From the human T2T-CHM13v2.0 reference genome, Homo sapiens, in NCBI RefSeq assembly GCF_009914755.1, contig NC_060937.1: 64,000 bases of DNA, one strand, 5' to 3'. The position numbers and the translations under genes are program-made. The notes beneath the pieces were generated by a model that was not told the origin of the DNA, did not search any database, and saw only the letters and a program-made list of their open reading frames with translations. Shown piece after piece: positions 45,798-58,835 of the stretch; within the stretch, counting starts at the first letter, position 1, and every line of letters starts with the position of its first letter.

Positions 45798-46149
45798 ATC
45801 ACCAAATGCATCTACATGCCTTCTAACATACTTTTATTGTGAACTTGGGTATGTATATCTATGTCTACATATGAATTAATTAAGTATTATTTTCTCCTTT
45901 TGTCTAGATACTTCATGAATATCCACTCATGTTTTAGATTTCCTATCTTACATAATGACCTGTTCTAAGACCTTGGAATCACACTCACGTTACCTGCTGT
46001 TTCACAGGGGACATATTATCAGGCTGTTATACAGCATGTTTCTCCCTCTCTCCAACATGTAAACATTGGAGTTCCTAAAAGGCAATTCTTAGGCCTCTTT
46101 TGATTTCTCTCTAAATTATCTTCCAAGAAGATTTTATTTGTTTCCATAG

Positions 46150-46494
46150 TCATATCGTTGGCATTGTGTCACCACCCAAATCTCACCTTGAATTGTAATA
46201 ATCTCCTTGTGTCAAGGGTGGGACCAGGTGGAGATAATTGAGTCATGAGGGCAGTTTCCTCTGTGCTGTGATAGTGAGTTCTCATGAGATCTGATGGTTT
46301 TATAAGAGGCTTCCCCCTTCACTTGGTTCTCATTCTCTCTCCTGACGCCCTGCAAAGAGGTGCCTTCTGCCATGATTGTGAGTTTCCTGAGGCCTCCCCA
46401 GCCATTCAGAACTGAGAGTCAATTAAACCTCTTTCTTTATAAATTACCCAATCTCAGGTATTTCTTCATAGCAGCATGAGAGTGGACTAATACA
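46150..46494 (+). mobile_element. THE1 (MaLR) solo LTR within an L2 remnant
   Basis: cacccaaatctcaccttgaattgtaataat ... ggactaataca; perfect TSD catag. Confidence 0.93.
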
Positions 46495-47403
46495 CATAGC
46501 TTTATATTTCATCTATTAAATAGAAAACTAGGATGAGTCCCATATTTATATCTCTAGCCCAAAATTTCCCCCTAAATTTTGGACTCATATATCCAACTGC
46601 CCACTCAATATATCTGTTTAAATATGACTCACAAGCATTTCACATTAATTATCTGAAATAAACTCCTAATCTTTCACTACCCCCAATTCCAACACTTTCT
46701 TCCTTGAGTCTTTCCTGTATTTGAAAATAGTACCACCATTCCATCCAGTTGCTCAAGAAGAAAATCCTGGATTTGGGATGGATACCTACTCTTTGTCCCA
46801 TTTGTAATCTTCATTTGAAATTTCCCACAGTCCTGATCATGAAGTTTAGTTCAGGAATGGGCATGTAATCTAGGCAAAAGCTGATTTAATCAAAGTAAAT
46901 TTCAGAGAATTATCCTGGACACAGGATTTTGTTTATCACCTTCCTGCAACATGGCAGTGGAGCTTCCAAGGTTGGAGTCACGGCTAATGAAGCAAAGCTT
47001 TAAAACAGGGAGAGAAAAGCTGTTTTGCAACTAATAAGCTATGTCCTGGTCATATCACATGAGGCACTAGACTAAATCCATACTGAATCTGATCCTACTA
47101 TTGAATTTCAGTAGCTAGTCAATAATTCCTCTAATTGTTTATCTGTTTCCATTGAGTTTTCCACTACTTGCAACACAAAGCATACTACCACAGTTGTATA
47201 CATGAAGTTTAAAGTTAAAAAAAATAAAGGGAGAACTAGAAAGTGATTACATCAATGGAGAAAATGAAGTCTGAAAAGAGATCCATGTATATATGGAAAT
47301 CTAGGGTGTAATCAAGGTGAAATTTTTAATCTGGATAGAAGGCATGCACCATTCAATGAACAGTTTTGAGACAACGAGCTTTCCATTTGAAAAACGACTT
47401 TTA

Positions 47404-49984
47404 TTTACTGTAGCTTGTAGTATAGTTTGAAGTCAGGTAGCGTGATGCCTCCAGCTTTGTTCTTTTTGCTTAGGATTGTCTTATTTATACAGGCTCTATT
47501 TTTGTTTCATGTGAAATTTAAAGTAGTTTTTTCTAGTTCCATGAAGAAAGTCAATGGTAGCTTGATGGGAATAGCATTGAATCTATAAATTACTTTGGGT
47601 GGTATGGCCATTTTCACAGTATTGATTATTTCTATCCATGAGCAAGAAATTTTTTCCCATTTGTTTGTATCCTCTCTGATTTCCTTGAGTAGTGGTTTGT
47701 AGTTCTCCTTGAAGGAGTCCTTCACATTCCTTTTGAGTTGTATTCCTGGTGTTTTATTTTCTTTGTAGCAATTGTGAATGGGAGTTTACTCATGATTTGG
47801 CTCTCTGCTTGTCTATTATTGGTGTATAGGAATGCTTGTGATTTTTGCACATTGATTTTGTATCCTGAGAGTTTGCTGAAGTTGCCTATCAGCTTAAGGA
47901 GTTTGGGGCTGAGATGATAGGGTTTTCTAAATATGCAATCATGTCATCTGCAAAAAGAGACAATTTGACTTCCTCTATTCCTATTTGAATACCCTTTATT
48001 TTTTTCTCTTGCCTGATTGCCCTGTCCAGAACTTCCAATACTACGTTGAATAGCAGTGGTGAGAGAGGACATTCTTGTCTTCTGCCGGTTTTCAAAGGGA
48101 ATGCTTCCAGATTTTGCGTGTTCAGTATGATATTGGCTATGTGTTTGTCATAAATAGCTCTTATTATTTTGAGATATGTTCAATCAATACCTAGTTTATT
48201 GAGAGTTTTTAGCATGAAAAGGTGTTTAATTTTGTCGAAGGCCTTTTCTGCATCTATTGAGATAATCATGTGGTTTTTGCCATTGGTTATGTTTATATGA
48301 TGGATTACGTTTACTGATTTGCATATGTTGAACCAGGCTTGCATCTCGGATGCTGACATTATCGTGGCAGATAAGCTTTTTGATGTGCTGCTGGATTCGG
48401 TTTGCCAGTATTTTATTGAGGATTTTTGCATCGATGTTCATCAGGGACACTGGCCTGAAATTTTCTTTTTTGTTGTGTCTCTGCCAGGTTTTGGAATCAG
48501 GATGATGCTGGCCTCATAAAATGAGTTAGGGAGGAGTCCCTCTCTTTTTATTGTTTGGAATAGTTTCAGAAGGAATGATACCAGCTCCTCAGATATATAC
48601 ATTAATGGAACAGAACAGAGGCCTCAGAAATTACACCACACATCTACAACCATCTGACCTTCGACAAACCTGACCAAAACAAGCAATAGGAAAAGGATTC
48701 CCTATTTAATAAATGATGCTGGGAAAACTGGCTAGCCATATGCAGAAAACTCAAACTGGACCCCTTCCTTACACCATATACAAAAATTAAGATGGATTAA
48801 AGACTTCAGCATAAAACCTAAAACCATAAAAACCCTAGAAGGAAACCTAGGCAATACAATTCAGGACATAGGCACGGGCAAAGATTTCATGACTAAAACA
48901 CCAAAAGCAATTGCATCAACAGCCAAAATTGACAAATGGGATCTAATTAAACTAAAGAGCTTCTGCTCAGCAAAAGAAACTATCATCAGAGTAAACAGGC
49001 AACCTACAGAATGGGAGACAATTTTTGCAATCTATCCATCTGACAAAGGGCTAATGTCCAGAATCTACAAGGAACTTAAACAAATTTATAAGAAAAAACA
49101 AACAACCCCATCAAAAATTGGGCAAAGGACAAGAACAGGAACTTCTCAAAAGAAGACATTTATGTGGCCAGCCAACACATGAAAAAAAGTTCATTATCAC
49201 TGGTCATTAGACAAATGCAAATCAAAACCACAATGAAATACCATTTCATGCCAGTTAGAATGGCAATCATTAAAAGTCAGGAAACAACAGATGCTGGTGC
49301 AACTGTGGAGAAATAGGAACACTTTTACACTGCTGGTGGGAGTGTAAATTAGTTCAACCATTGTGAAAGACGGTGTGGTGATTCCTCAAGGATCTAGAAC
49401 CAGAAATACCTTTTGACCCCACAATCCCATTACTATGTATATACCCAAAGGATTATAAATAGTTCTACTATAAAGACAAATGCACACGTGTGTTTATTGC
49501 AACACTATTTACAATAGCAAAGGCTTGGAACCAACCCAAATGCCCATCAATGATAGACTGGATAAAGAAAATGTGGCACATATACACCATGGAATACTAT
49601 GCAGCCATAAAAAAAGAATAAATTCATGTTCTTTGCATGGACATGGATGATGCTGGAAACCATTATCCTCAGCAAACTAACACAGGAACAGAAAACCAAA
49701 CACCACATGTTCTCACTCATAAGCAGGAGTTGAACAATGAGAACACATGGACACAGGGAGGGGAACATTATACACCAGGGCCTTCAGTGGTTGAGGGGAA
49801 AGGTGGGGGAGAGCATCAGGATAAATACCTAATGCATGCAGGTGTTAAAATCTAGATGATGGGTTGATAGGTACAGCAAACCACCATGGCACATGTATAC
49901 CTATGTAACAAACCTGCATGTTCTGCACATGTATCCCAGAACTTAAAGTAAAATTTAAAAATTAATTAATTAAAAATAAAAAGT
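47404..49984 (+). mobile_element. 5'-inverted L1PA (about PA8-PA10)
   Basis: Antisense ORF2 segment 47404-48589 joined to sense ORF2/3'UTR 48590-49984; TSD aaaacgactttta (47391-47403) / aaaactactttta (49985-49997). Confidence 0.93.
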
Positions 49985-49997
49985 AAAACTACTTTTA

Positions 49998-51330
49998 GAT
50001 CCTTACTCCTCACTATTAATAAAAGCACATAAAAATGGCTTAAATATTTAAATGTAAGCAGATAAACTGACAAATCTAAGAAGCAAACATCGAAACATGT
50101 ACATATTAATTGGGGTAGGGATTGCCTTTTAAAATAAGAAACAAAAAACAAAGTTACAACAGGAGAACCACAAAAAGAAAAAAGTAAATTCGACAATAAC
50201 AAAATTTTAAGTTTTATATGACAAAAGATACACTAAAACCATTAAAAAGAAACATCAACTAGCAGAATATATGAGACAAAGAATATTCAAAAATATAAAT
50301 AACTTCTACAAATGTATAAGAAAAAAGCCAATAACAATAGAAAAATTGTTACATAATTAAACAGATAATTGACAGAAATAAAATTACCAATGGTCAATAA
50401 AAATATAGAAAGCTAGTCAAGTTTTCTGGGAATAGTGAAACTAGTTAAACCAAATATGAGAGCCCTTTTCACCAATGAGGAATGAGTTCTTTTCATCTAC
50501 TAGTAGTACTTTTCATCATTTTTCACCTGCTAGAATGGCAAAACAACAATAATAATAATCATGGCTTGGCCATTGTATAGCTAAGTACTCTGTTGATAAG
50601 ACCATAAATTAATTCTACTTTGTGATAAATTTGATACTATCTAGTTAAATTTAAAATGCAAAAAGCATATGACCTAGTAGTTATATTTTGGCTATCTATT
50701 CTAGAGCAATACATGTGATGTTTTCAAGTAAAAGGAAGTATATAAAAGATGTTTATTGCAGTCTTGGCTTTAAAAAAAATAGAGAAACTTTAATTGCTAT
50801 AAAAATGGGAATTGTTAAACAAGTTTTGACATATTAATGCTGCAGAATGCACTGCAGCACTTAAAAAGAGTAAGATAATAGACAGCCAAAATAAAATTGC
50901 TAGATCCTATGTTATTTGTATTTTAAATTTAATCAGACATTGTCACAGACAGTGTCAAATTCATCACAAAGTAGAACCAATTTATAATCTTACCAGTAGA
51001 GTATTTACTTATGTCATTTATTTCTAGAAAGTTCTACTAGATGAATTGTTAGAACTACATTCCAATTAGCACCATGACATAGAGTAATACTTTTCTATAA
51101 ATATGCAAAAGAAAATATTCACAAATATAAAATAAGTGTAAATGTGTAAAAAGAAAAATAAACACTAAATTACACCATATGGCCTGATATGCATGAATAG
51201 AAAAAATTCTGAAAGGATACATACCAAATTCTTATTTGTGGTTAACCCAGAAGAGAGACAAAGACTAGGAGAGGTGATCAGAAGGAACTGTCTAATCTGT
51301 TATATTTTTAGGTTAGCTTAATTTTAAACT
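49998..51330 (+). mobile_element. Old L1ME-like host element (continues from about 47190-47400)
   Basis: agatccttactcctcac...aaaatggcttaaatatttaaatgt is degenerate L1 ORF2 3' text. Confidence 0.65.
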
Positions 51331-51929
51331 AAGAGAAAAGCAATTTCTGTGTTTCCTATGGAATTGAAATTAATAGTTTCTAAAAGAATTTCTCTTGGGA
51401 TTATTAACATATTTGGACAATATTTATGCAAACTGGAAAATGGAGTCAAGAATCTGTTGTTAAAATAGGCAAAATATTGTGCAGTATCCTGTACAATGTT
51501 TTGTCTTAACAGAGCTAATTCCTTCTGGTTCTGCCATATGCTGCACTTGAGTGTTGCAGAAGCAAGTTTTGACCAAAGATAAAACCTAGCAAGGCGCAGA
51601 GTGCAGAATTTTCAGGGATAATACTCACTTACAGAAACCATTTAGAGTCATTTTCTGGCAGGGACGGGGCAGAGCACTGCCAAGATTATAAGACCAGCCT
51701 GCAGGAGGTATTTAACATTTTCTTTGGATAAGCTACTGAAACCCAAGAGTAGAAATTCCTGGGACAGCATTGTAAAAGAGAGTACATACAAGTGTTTGAT
51801 GATAGCTAAGTTCACTGACGAAGAAACTTTTCCTTGCTTCAACCTGTACTTTACCTTTAGCTCTAACAAATTTTAGGTCGACGGAAGTATGCAGCACGTT
51901 TCCACGTTTTGTTTTCTAAATTCCTACCC

Positions 51930-52320
51930 CTCGTTTCTACTATGAACCCCAACAGTCCACTCTCCCTACAGCATTCAAAGTGATCTTTTACCAAAGGTCA
52001 CTCGAATTCCATCATATTTGAAATAAATCCAAATTTCTGACATTGCCCCATAGTCCCACTTGATCTGACACTAGGTCCACTCTCCAATCTCATGCCTATG
52101 GCAACCCTCCACTCTACCTCATCACATGAGACTTCTTGCTTTTCCTTAAAAGTGGATGCATATCCTGCAATTCTCTGTTCCTAAAATATTCTTCCCCTAG
52201 ACATGCGTCTCTTCACTCCCTAACTTCTTTTAGGTCTCAGAAAAGCTTTTATTTATCACTCTGTCAAAAATATCACCCTCCACAACACTAGACTCCTTAC
52301 ATTGCTATATTTTAATTTTA
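51930..52320 (+). mobile_element. L2a fragment
   Basis: aaagtgatctttt...aaataaatccaaatttctgacattgccc. Confidence 0.65.
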
Positions 52321-53121
52321 TTTTTAAAGTGTACTGTGTAGGCTCTTTTCAAATAAAAATTATATATTATAATGTACAGCATAATGTTTTGAAATATGTA
52401 CAATAGACCTCTCAAACTTATTCCTCCTAGCCATTGAAATTTTGTATTTTAAATAAACATTTCCCCAACCCTGCTCCCTCCCTTCAATCTTTGGTAACCA
52501 CTATTTTACTCTCTACTTCTACAAGTTCAACTTTTTTAGATTCCACATGTAAGAGAGATCATTGTAGTAATTGTTTTTTCTGTCTGGATTATTTCACTTA
52601 ATAGAATATCCTTCAGTTTCATCCATGCTGTCAAAAATGAGAGTATTTCTTTGATTTTGAGGCTGAGTGGTATTGCATCATGTATATATACCACATTTTC
52701 TTACCACATTGATGGACATTTAAGATGATTACATGTCTTGGTTATTATGAATAATGCTGCAATGACATAAGAGTGAAGATACATTTTTGGCATACTGATT
52801 ACATTTTCTTTGAATATTATACTAGGTGATGGGATTTCTGGATCAGATGGCAGTTCTGTTTTTAGTTTTCTGAAGAACTTCAATACTGTTTTCCATAAAG
52901 ACTTTACTAATTAAGGGTTCCCTTTTCTCCACAATTTCTTCAACACTTGCTATCTTTTGTTTTTTGATGATAGCCATTCTAACAAGCATGAGGTGATATC
53001 TCATTGTGGTTTACTTTACATTTCCTTGATGATTAGTGATGTTAAGCATTTTTTCATTTACCTGTTGGCCATTTGTATGTCTTCTTTTGAGAAATGTCTA
53101 TTCAGATCCTTTGTCCATTCT

Positions 53122-53340
53122 TTTTTTTTCCTATTTTTTTAAAAATTATTATTATACTCTAAGTTTTAGGGTACATGTGCACAACTTGCAGGTTTGTTAC
53201 ATATGTATACATGTGCAATGTTGGTGTGCTGCACCCATTAACTCGTCATTTAGCATTAGGTATATCTCCTAATGCTATCCCTCCCCCCTCCCCCACCCCA
53301 CAACAGTCCCTGGTGTGTGATGTTCCCCTTCCTGTGTCCA
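53122..53340 (-). mobile_element. Short L1PA 3' end insertion
   Basis: L1PA 3'UTR of about 200 bp; TSD/microhomology tgtccattct at 53112-53121 and 53335-53344. Confidence 0.92.
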
Positions 53341-53619
53341 TTCTAAAATCAGGTTATTTGTTGTATTACTATTGAGTTGTTTGAGGTTCTTAAATATTTT
53401 GGATATTAATCCCTTATCATATGTATAGTTTGCAAATATTTTCTCCTGTTCCATAGGTTGTCTCTTCACTCTGTGGATTGTTTTTTTTCAGCTATGAAGA
53501 AGCTTTTTGTTCGATGTAATTCCATTTGTCTATTTTTGCTTTAGCTGACTGTGCTTTTGAAGTCATATACCAAAAATCATTGTCCAGACCAATGTCGTGG
53601 ACTTTCCCCCCATATTTTC

Positions 53620-53815
53620 TTTCTTTCTTTTTCTTCTTCTTCTTTATTTTTTTAGAGACATGATCCTTCTCTGATGCCCAGGCTTCAGTAGTTCAGTGGC
53701 TATTGACAGGTGCAATCATGATGTACTACAGCCTTGAAATCCTGGGCTCAAGAGATCCTCCTGCCTCATTCTCCCAAGTAGCTAGAATTATAGGCATGTA
53801 CCACTGTGCTTGGCT
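53620..53815 (-). mobile_element. Alu monomer (FAM-like)
   Basis: Monomer containing cagtggctattgacaggtgcaatc, the 7SL-derived segment kept in FAM. Confidence 0.75.
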
Positions 53816-53863
53816 ATTCTCCTACATTTTCATCTGGTAGTTTTCTTCTAGTAGTTTCAGGAC

Positions 53864-53992
53864 TTACATTTAATTCTCTAATCCATTTTGGTTTGATTTC
53901 TGCACATTATATAAAATAAGGATTGAATTACATTTAAGTTACTAATCCATTTTGATTTGATTTCTGTATATTATATAAAATAAGGATTCAAT
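53864..53992. repeat. Diverged 64-bp tandem duplication inside L1MA
   Basis: ttacatttaa...aatccattttg...tatataaaataaggatt twice, starting at 53864 and 53928. Confidence 0.9.
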
Positions 53993-55029
53993 TTCATTCT
54001 TATGCAAATGGATATCCAGTTTTCTTAATTCCATTTATTAAAGAAATTGTCCTGTCCACATTATGTGTTTTTGGCACCTTTGCCAAACATTAGTCAAGCA
54101 TACAGGCATGGATTTCTTTCTGGGATCTCTATTCTGTTCTATTGGTCTCATTTCTCTACCAATACCATGCTGTTTTGATTACTATAGCTTTGTAGTATAT
54201 TTTGACATTAGGTACTGTGATACCTTCAGCTTTGTTCTCTTTGCTGGAGATTGATTTGCCTATTTACAGGTTTTTGGGGGACTTCATACAAATTTTAGAA
54301 TGGCCTTTTCTATTTCAGAAACATGTCTTTAAAATTTTGATAGGAAATGTATTGACTGTGTAGGTTACTTTAGGTAGTAGCACATTTTAATAACATTAAT
54401 TTTTCTAATTTGTGAACATGGTATATCTTTCCATTTATTTGTGTCTTCTTCAATTCCCTTCATCAGTGTTTTACAGTGTAAGGTCTTTCACATTTAACAT
54501 TAGTTAAAGGTATTCTTAAGTATTTTATTTTATTTTTGTAGCTATTATAAATGGGATTGTTTTCTTTATTTCCTTTTTGGGTAGTTCATTGTTGGTGTAT
54601 AGCAATGCTATTGATTTTTGTATGTTGATTTTATATATCTCACAACTCTACTGAATTCATTTATTAGTTCTAACAGTTTTTTTTTTTAGTAGAGTCCTTA
54701 GGTTTCTGTATATAAGATCATGTTGTCTGCAAACAGACAATTTAACTTCTTCTTTTCCAATTTAAATGCATTGTATTTCTTTCCCTTGCCTTAATTGTTC
54801 TGGCTAGGACTTCCAGTACCATATTGAATAGAAGTGGCAAGAGTGGCATCTTGTATTTTTCTGGTCTTAGAAGAAAAGCTTTCCGCTTTTCACCATTGAG
54901 TATAATATTTGCTGTGGGCTTGACATATATGATCTTTATTGTGTTAAGGCACATTTCTTCTATATCTAATTTGTTGAGAGTTTTTTAAATTTAAAGGAGG
55001 TTAAATTTTGTAAAATATTTCTGTGTATC

Positions 55030-55402
55030 CATATACACCATGGAATGCTATGCAGCCATAAAAAAGGATGAGTTCATGTCCTTTGCAGGGACATGGATGC
55101 AGCTGGAAACCATCATTCTGAGCAAACTATCACAAGGACAGAAAACCAAACACTGCATGTTCTCACTGATAGGTGGGAATTGAACAATGAGAACACTTGG
55201 ACACAGGGCGGGGAACATCACACCCTGGAGCCTGTCATGGGGTGGGGGACAGGGGGAGAGATAGCATTAGGAGAAATGCCTAATGTAAATGACGAGCTAA
55301 TGGGTACAGCAAACCAACATGACACATGTATACCTATGTAACAAAACTGCATGTTGTGAACATGTACCCTAGAACTTAAAGTATAATAAAAAAAAGAAGA
55401 AA
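55030..55402 (+). mobile_element. Short L1PA (about PA5/PA6) 3' end insertion
   Basis: 3'UTR plus A tail; 18-bp TSD aaaatatttctgtgtatc (55012-55029) / aaaatatttctgtgcatc (55403-55420). Confidence 0.95.
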
Positions 55403-56852
55403 AAAATATTTCTGTGCATCGATTGAGATGATCATATGGTTTTTGTTTTTCATATGGTTTTTGTTTTTCATGCTGTTAGTGTGGTATATTTATATATTTG
55501 TGTATGTTGAACCATCCTTGAATTCCTTGGAAAAATCCCACTTGATCATGGTAAATAATTCTTTTAGTATGTAGTTGAGTTCAGTTTGTTACCATTCTGG
55601 TATGGATTTTTGCATCTATATCCATCAGGGATATTGGCCTGTAATTTTCTTTTATTACAGTGTATTTGTTTCTATTTGGCATCAGGGTAATACTAGTCTC
55701 TTAAAATGAAGATGGAAGTATTACTTCTTCAATTTTTTGGAGGCATTTGAGAAGAATTGATATTAGTTCTTCTTTAAATATTTAGTAGAATTAAACATGA
55801 AGGCTTCAGGTCCTGTGCTTTTTTTTTTTTTTATAGTGGGAGGCTTCTTTTTTACTGATTCAATCTCTTTAATCTTTATTGGTCTGTTCAGGTTTTCTAT
55901 TTCTTCATGATTCAGTCTTCATAGGTCTTAACGTATCTAGGAATATATTGATTTCTTCTAGGTTATTGAACTTGTTGGCATGTAATTGTTTATAGTAGTC
56001 TTATGATTCTTTGTGTCTCTGTGATATCAGTTGCAATATCTCCTTTTTCATTTCTGATTTTATTAGTCTTGTATCTTTTTTCGTAGTCTAACTAAAGATT
56101 TGTTGACTTAATCTTTTCAAAAATATCACCTGTTAGTTGTCCTTTCTGTTGCTTTTCTAGTCTATTTAATTTATTTCTGCTCTGGTCTTTATTATTTCCT
56201 TTCTTCTGCTAACTTTGGGCTTAGTTTGCCCTTGTTTTTCTAGTTCCTTGAGGGTGACATTAGGCTCTTTATTTTGGATCTTTTTCTTTTTTGATGTAGG
56301 CATATATTGTTATAAACTTCCCTCTAAGAACTGTTTTTGCTGCATCTCTTAAGTTTTAGCATGTTTCTATATTCATTTGTTTCAAGATACTTTACATTTT
56401 TCTTCTAACTTCTTCATTGATTCATTGGTTGTTTAGGAACATGTTGTTTATTTTCTTATATTTGTGAACTTCTCAAATTTCTTCCTGTTACTGATTTTCA
56501 GTTTTATCCCCTTGTGATTGGAAAAGATAATTGATATGATTTCAACTTTCTTAGATTTGTTAAGCTTGTTTTGTGGCCTAACATAACCTATCCTGGAGAA
56601 TGTCTTATGTACACTTGAGAAGAATGTGTATTCTGTTGCTGTTGAATAGAATATTCTGCATATATCTGTTAGGTCAATTTGGTCTAAATAAAGTTTAAGT
56701 CCAATGTTTCAATGCCTTATTTTTACTCGTGGAATTTATCACAACTTTATGTTGTATTTCTTAACTGTCTTCCTTTCTTTGGAGTTATAAGCTCTAAAGG
56801 AGCAAGAATTTGTTTCTTATCTTCTTTACTGCCTAGAGCAGTCATTGGAGTG

Positions 56853-56909
56853 TATTAATCATTCAATGAATAAATGTATTAATCATTCAATGAATAAATG
56901 TATTAATCA
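56853..56909. repeat. 23-bp tandem repeat at an L2 3' tail
   Basis: tgtattaatcattcaatgaataaa about 2.5 times. Confidence 0.9.
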
Positions 56910-58489
56910 ACAAAGAACTGAAACTAAAAGCCTAACCCAAGGTTACAAATCCTGTAATAGCTAAAAGCAGAATTCGACCTGACATGTTTAACTCAAACCT
57001 AGTGTTTATTCTATTATACCAGTAATGTCACAGTATTTATTTGTATAAACTCGGAATATCTTTCTTGGGGAAAGGAAGCAAGTGCTTGGTTAGGGAATGG
57101 TAAAAACCCATTATCAGCGATAGTATTGAGATTTGAAAACCAAAGCTGATATGTTTCAGGTTACTGTGTTCCATTTGCAATGCTTATATTCTGAATGTCT
57201 ATTAAATAGTGAGGTTGAAGAGGTCTATGGGATGTGAGTATTACTTGCATCCCAGTAATTCTAGCACATATTATTTTGGAGCTGAAGCTATAGGAACAAT
57301 ATCTTCTTGTGTCGAGGTAACCTAAAACAGTAGTGAGAAAGTAGCACTACTGGAAGATATCACCTGTCACTTGGTGGCTACAGGTTTTCAGACTTAATGC
57401 GTAGAAAAGAGTCTTACCTTGAAACCCCAATCCTAAATATAGTAGACTTTTCCTGGTATTGACTAAGTTATCAAACTCTGGATTTACAATTAATCTGCAA
57501 AATAATTCAAACAATTCCCTAATACCTAGCTCTTTATCATGAAAATGTGCCATTGGTCTTGAAACAGTTGATGCTTTGCCCACATGAAAAAAAAAGCAGT
57601 GGTATCAATAGCCAACACCACTTAGCTAAATGACCTTGTTCCTAGAAACAACTGCTTAACACTATTGTGTACAGAGTCCTGGACATACTGTAACTTTTCT
57701 GATTATCACAATGCACCAAAATACATCATCTACTAATGCACTGTATATAAATCCAAACATGCTTATTCCAAGGAGAATGTCTCTCCCTCCCTAATTTTAC
57801 TTTGGTAGATTTATTTCCTTTTTGGGAAAACGCATTTTCCTCCCTTTCCAAATATTTAGGTCAGTGAACTCATTTCTGGAATTCAGAAGTCTAGAGACTT
57901 TAAGATTTGGCAGAGAAGTTTTGAGACTGTCAGTTAAATACAATGAGTTTTGCATTCTCTAATGAAATAAAAATGTAAGCTTACATATCCAGCCTTACTT
58001 CAACATTCTGTACTACCACTAAAAGAGAGCATTTTGTGTCAGATCTAAAAGTCAGGAACCTTATGTTACACTGGTTTATGACTAAGTCAAATCTATATCT
58101 GCCCTCTAAATAATATATCTTATTATATCATCACTTGAGAGGGGATGAAGGCCAGAAGGATGTATATCAAGTGAGTTCACTGGCATATTGCAATAAAGTA
58201 CACTGGCAGTTAAATAATAAGTAACAGAAAACTTTCAGAACTCATAATGAAAAAAATTCAATTGCCTTTCTTTGGATAATACAGAGAAAACAGAACAATC
58301 AAAAGACAAAATATAAATTTAAAAAGCTCTCAGGCTGTTTTAATAATTCTATTGCAATTGGTAGTTCTCTGTACACAAGAAGAAAGATAAAGCATTTGGC
58401 TTTATAAATATTATATATAGATAATTTTTCATTTTGCTTTACATATGTATTTTATATTTCAAAATAAAATACATGTAATAATTATCACA

Positions 58490-58835
58490 AAACACTTAAC
58501 ATTTTTATTGAGAACCTGTAAGGTGCCAGATCCTCAGGAAACTGAGACCTAGCAGGTTAATTTGCTTAGCTAGGACATAGATTCCATGGTACACCAAGCT
58601 GACTCCAAAGTGCAGAATAGCTAATATTTATTGCGTGTTAGCTAATTATGAAGTACTCTACCAAGCTCTTACTCCTCAGAACAACTCCATGAGGCAAGTA
58701 CTACAGATATGAACATCCCTGCTTTACAGATGATTAGAACAAGGCTTAAAATGTATAACTAACTGTGCCAAAAAGCTGCACAGCCAGCCTGTCATGGAGT
58801 TCAGACATGAGCCCAGTACTGTCAGCCAGAATCTC
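58490..58835. mobile_element. MIR fragments
   Basis: ctcagaacaactccatgaggcaagtacta...ctttacagatga. Confidence 0.7.

Larger units (their letters stand above)
52345..56710 (-). mobile_element. L1MA-type element, about 4.3 kb, with three inserts
   Basis: Antisense 3'UTR (agttcaacttttttagattccacatgtaag) and ORF2 remnants (54742-54954 [11 protein letters not shown]). Confidence 0.9.

Noticed and set aside
56853-56909. Short direct repeats resembling a CRISPR array (also 34555-34611, 44313-44342, 55433-55472)
   Set aside because: Head-to-tail slippage duplications with no unique spacers, in eukaryotic DNA without cas genes.
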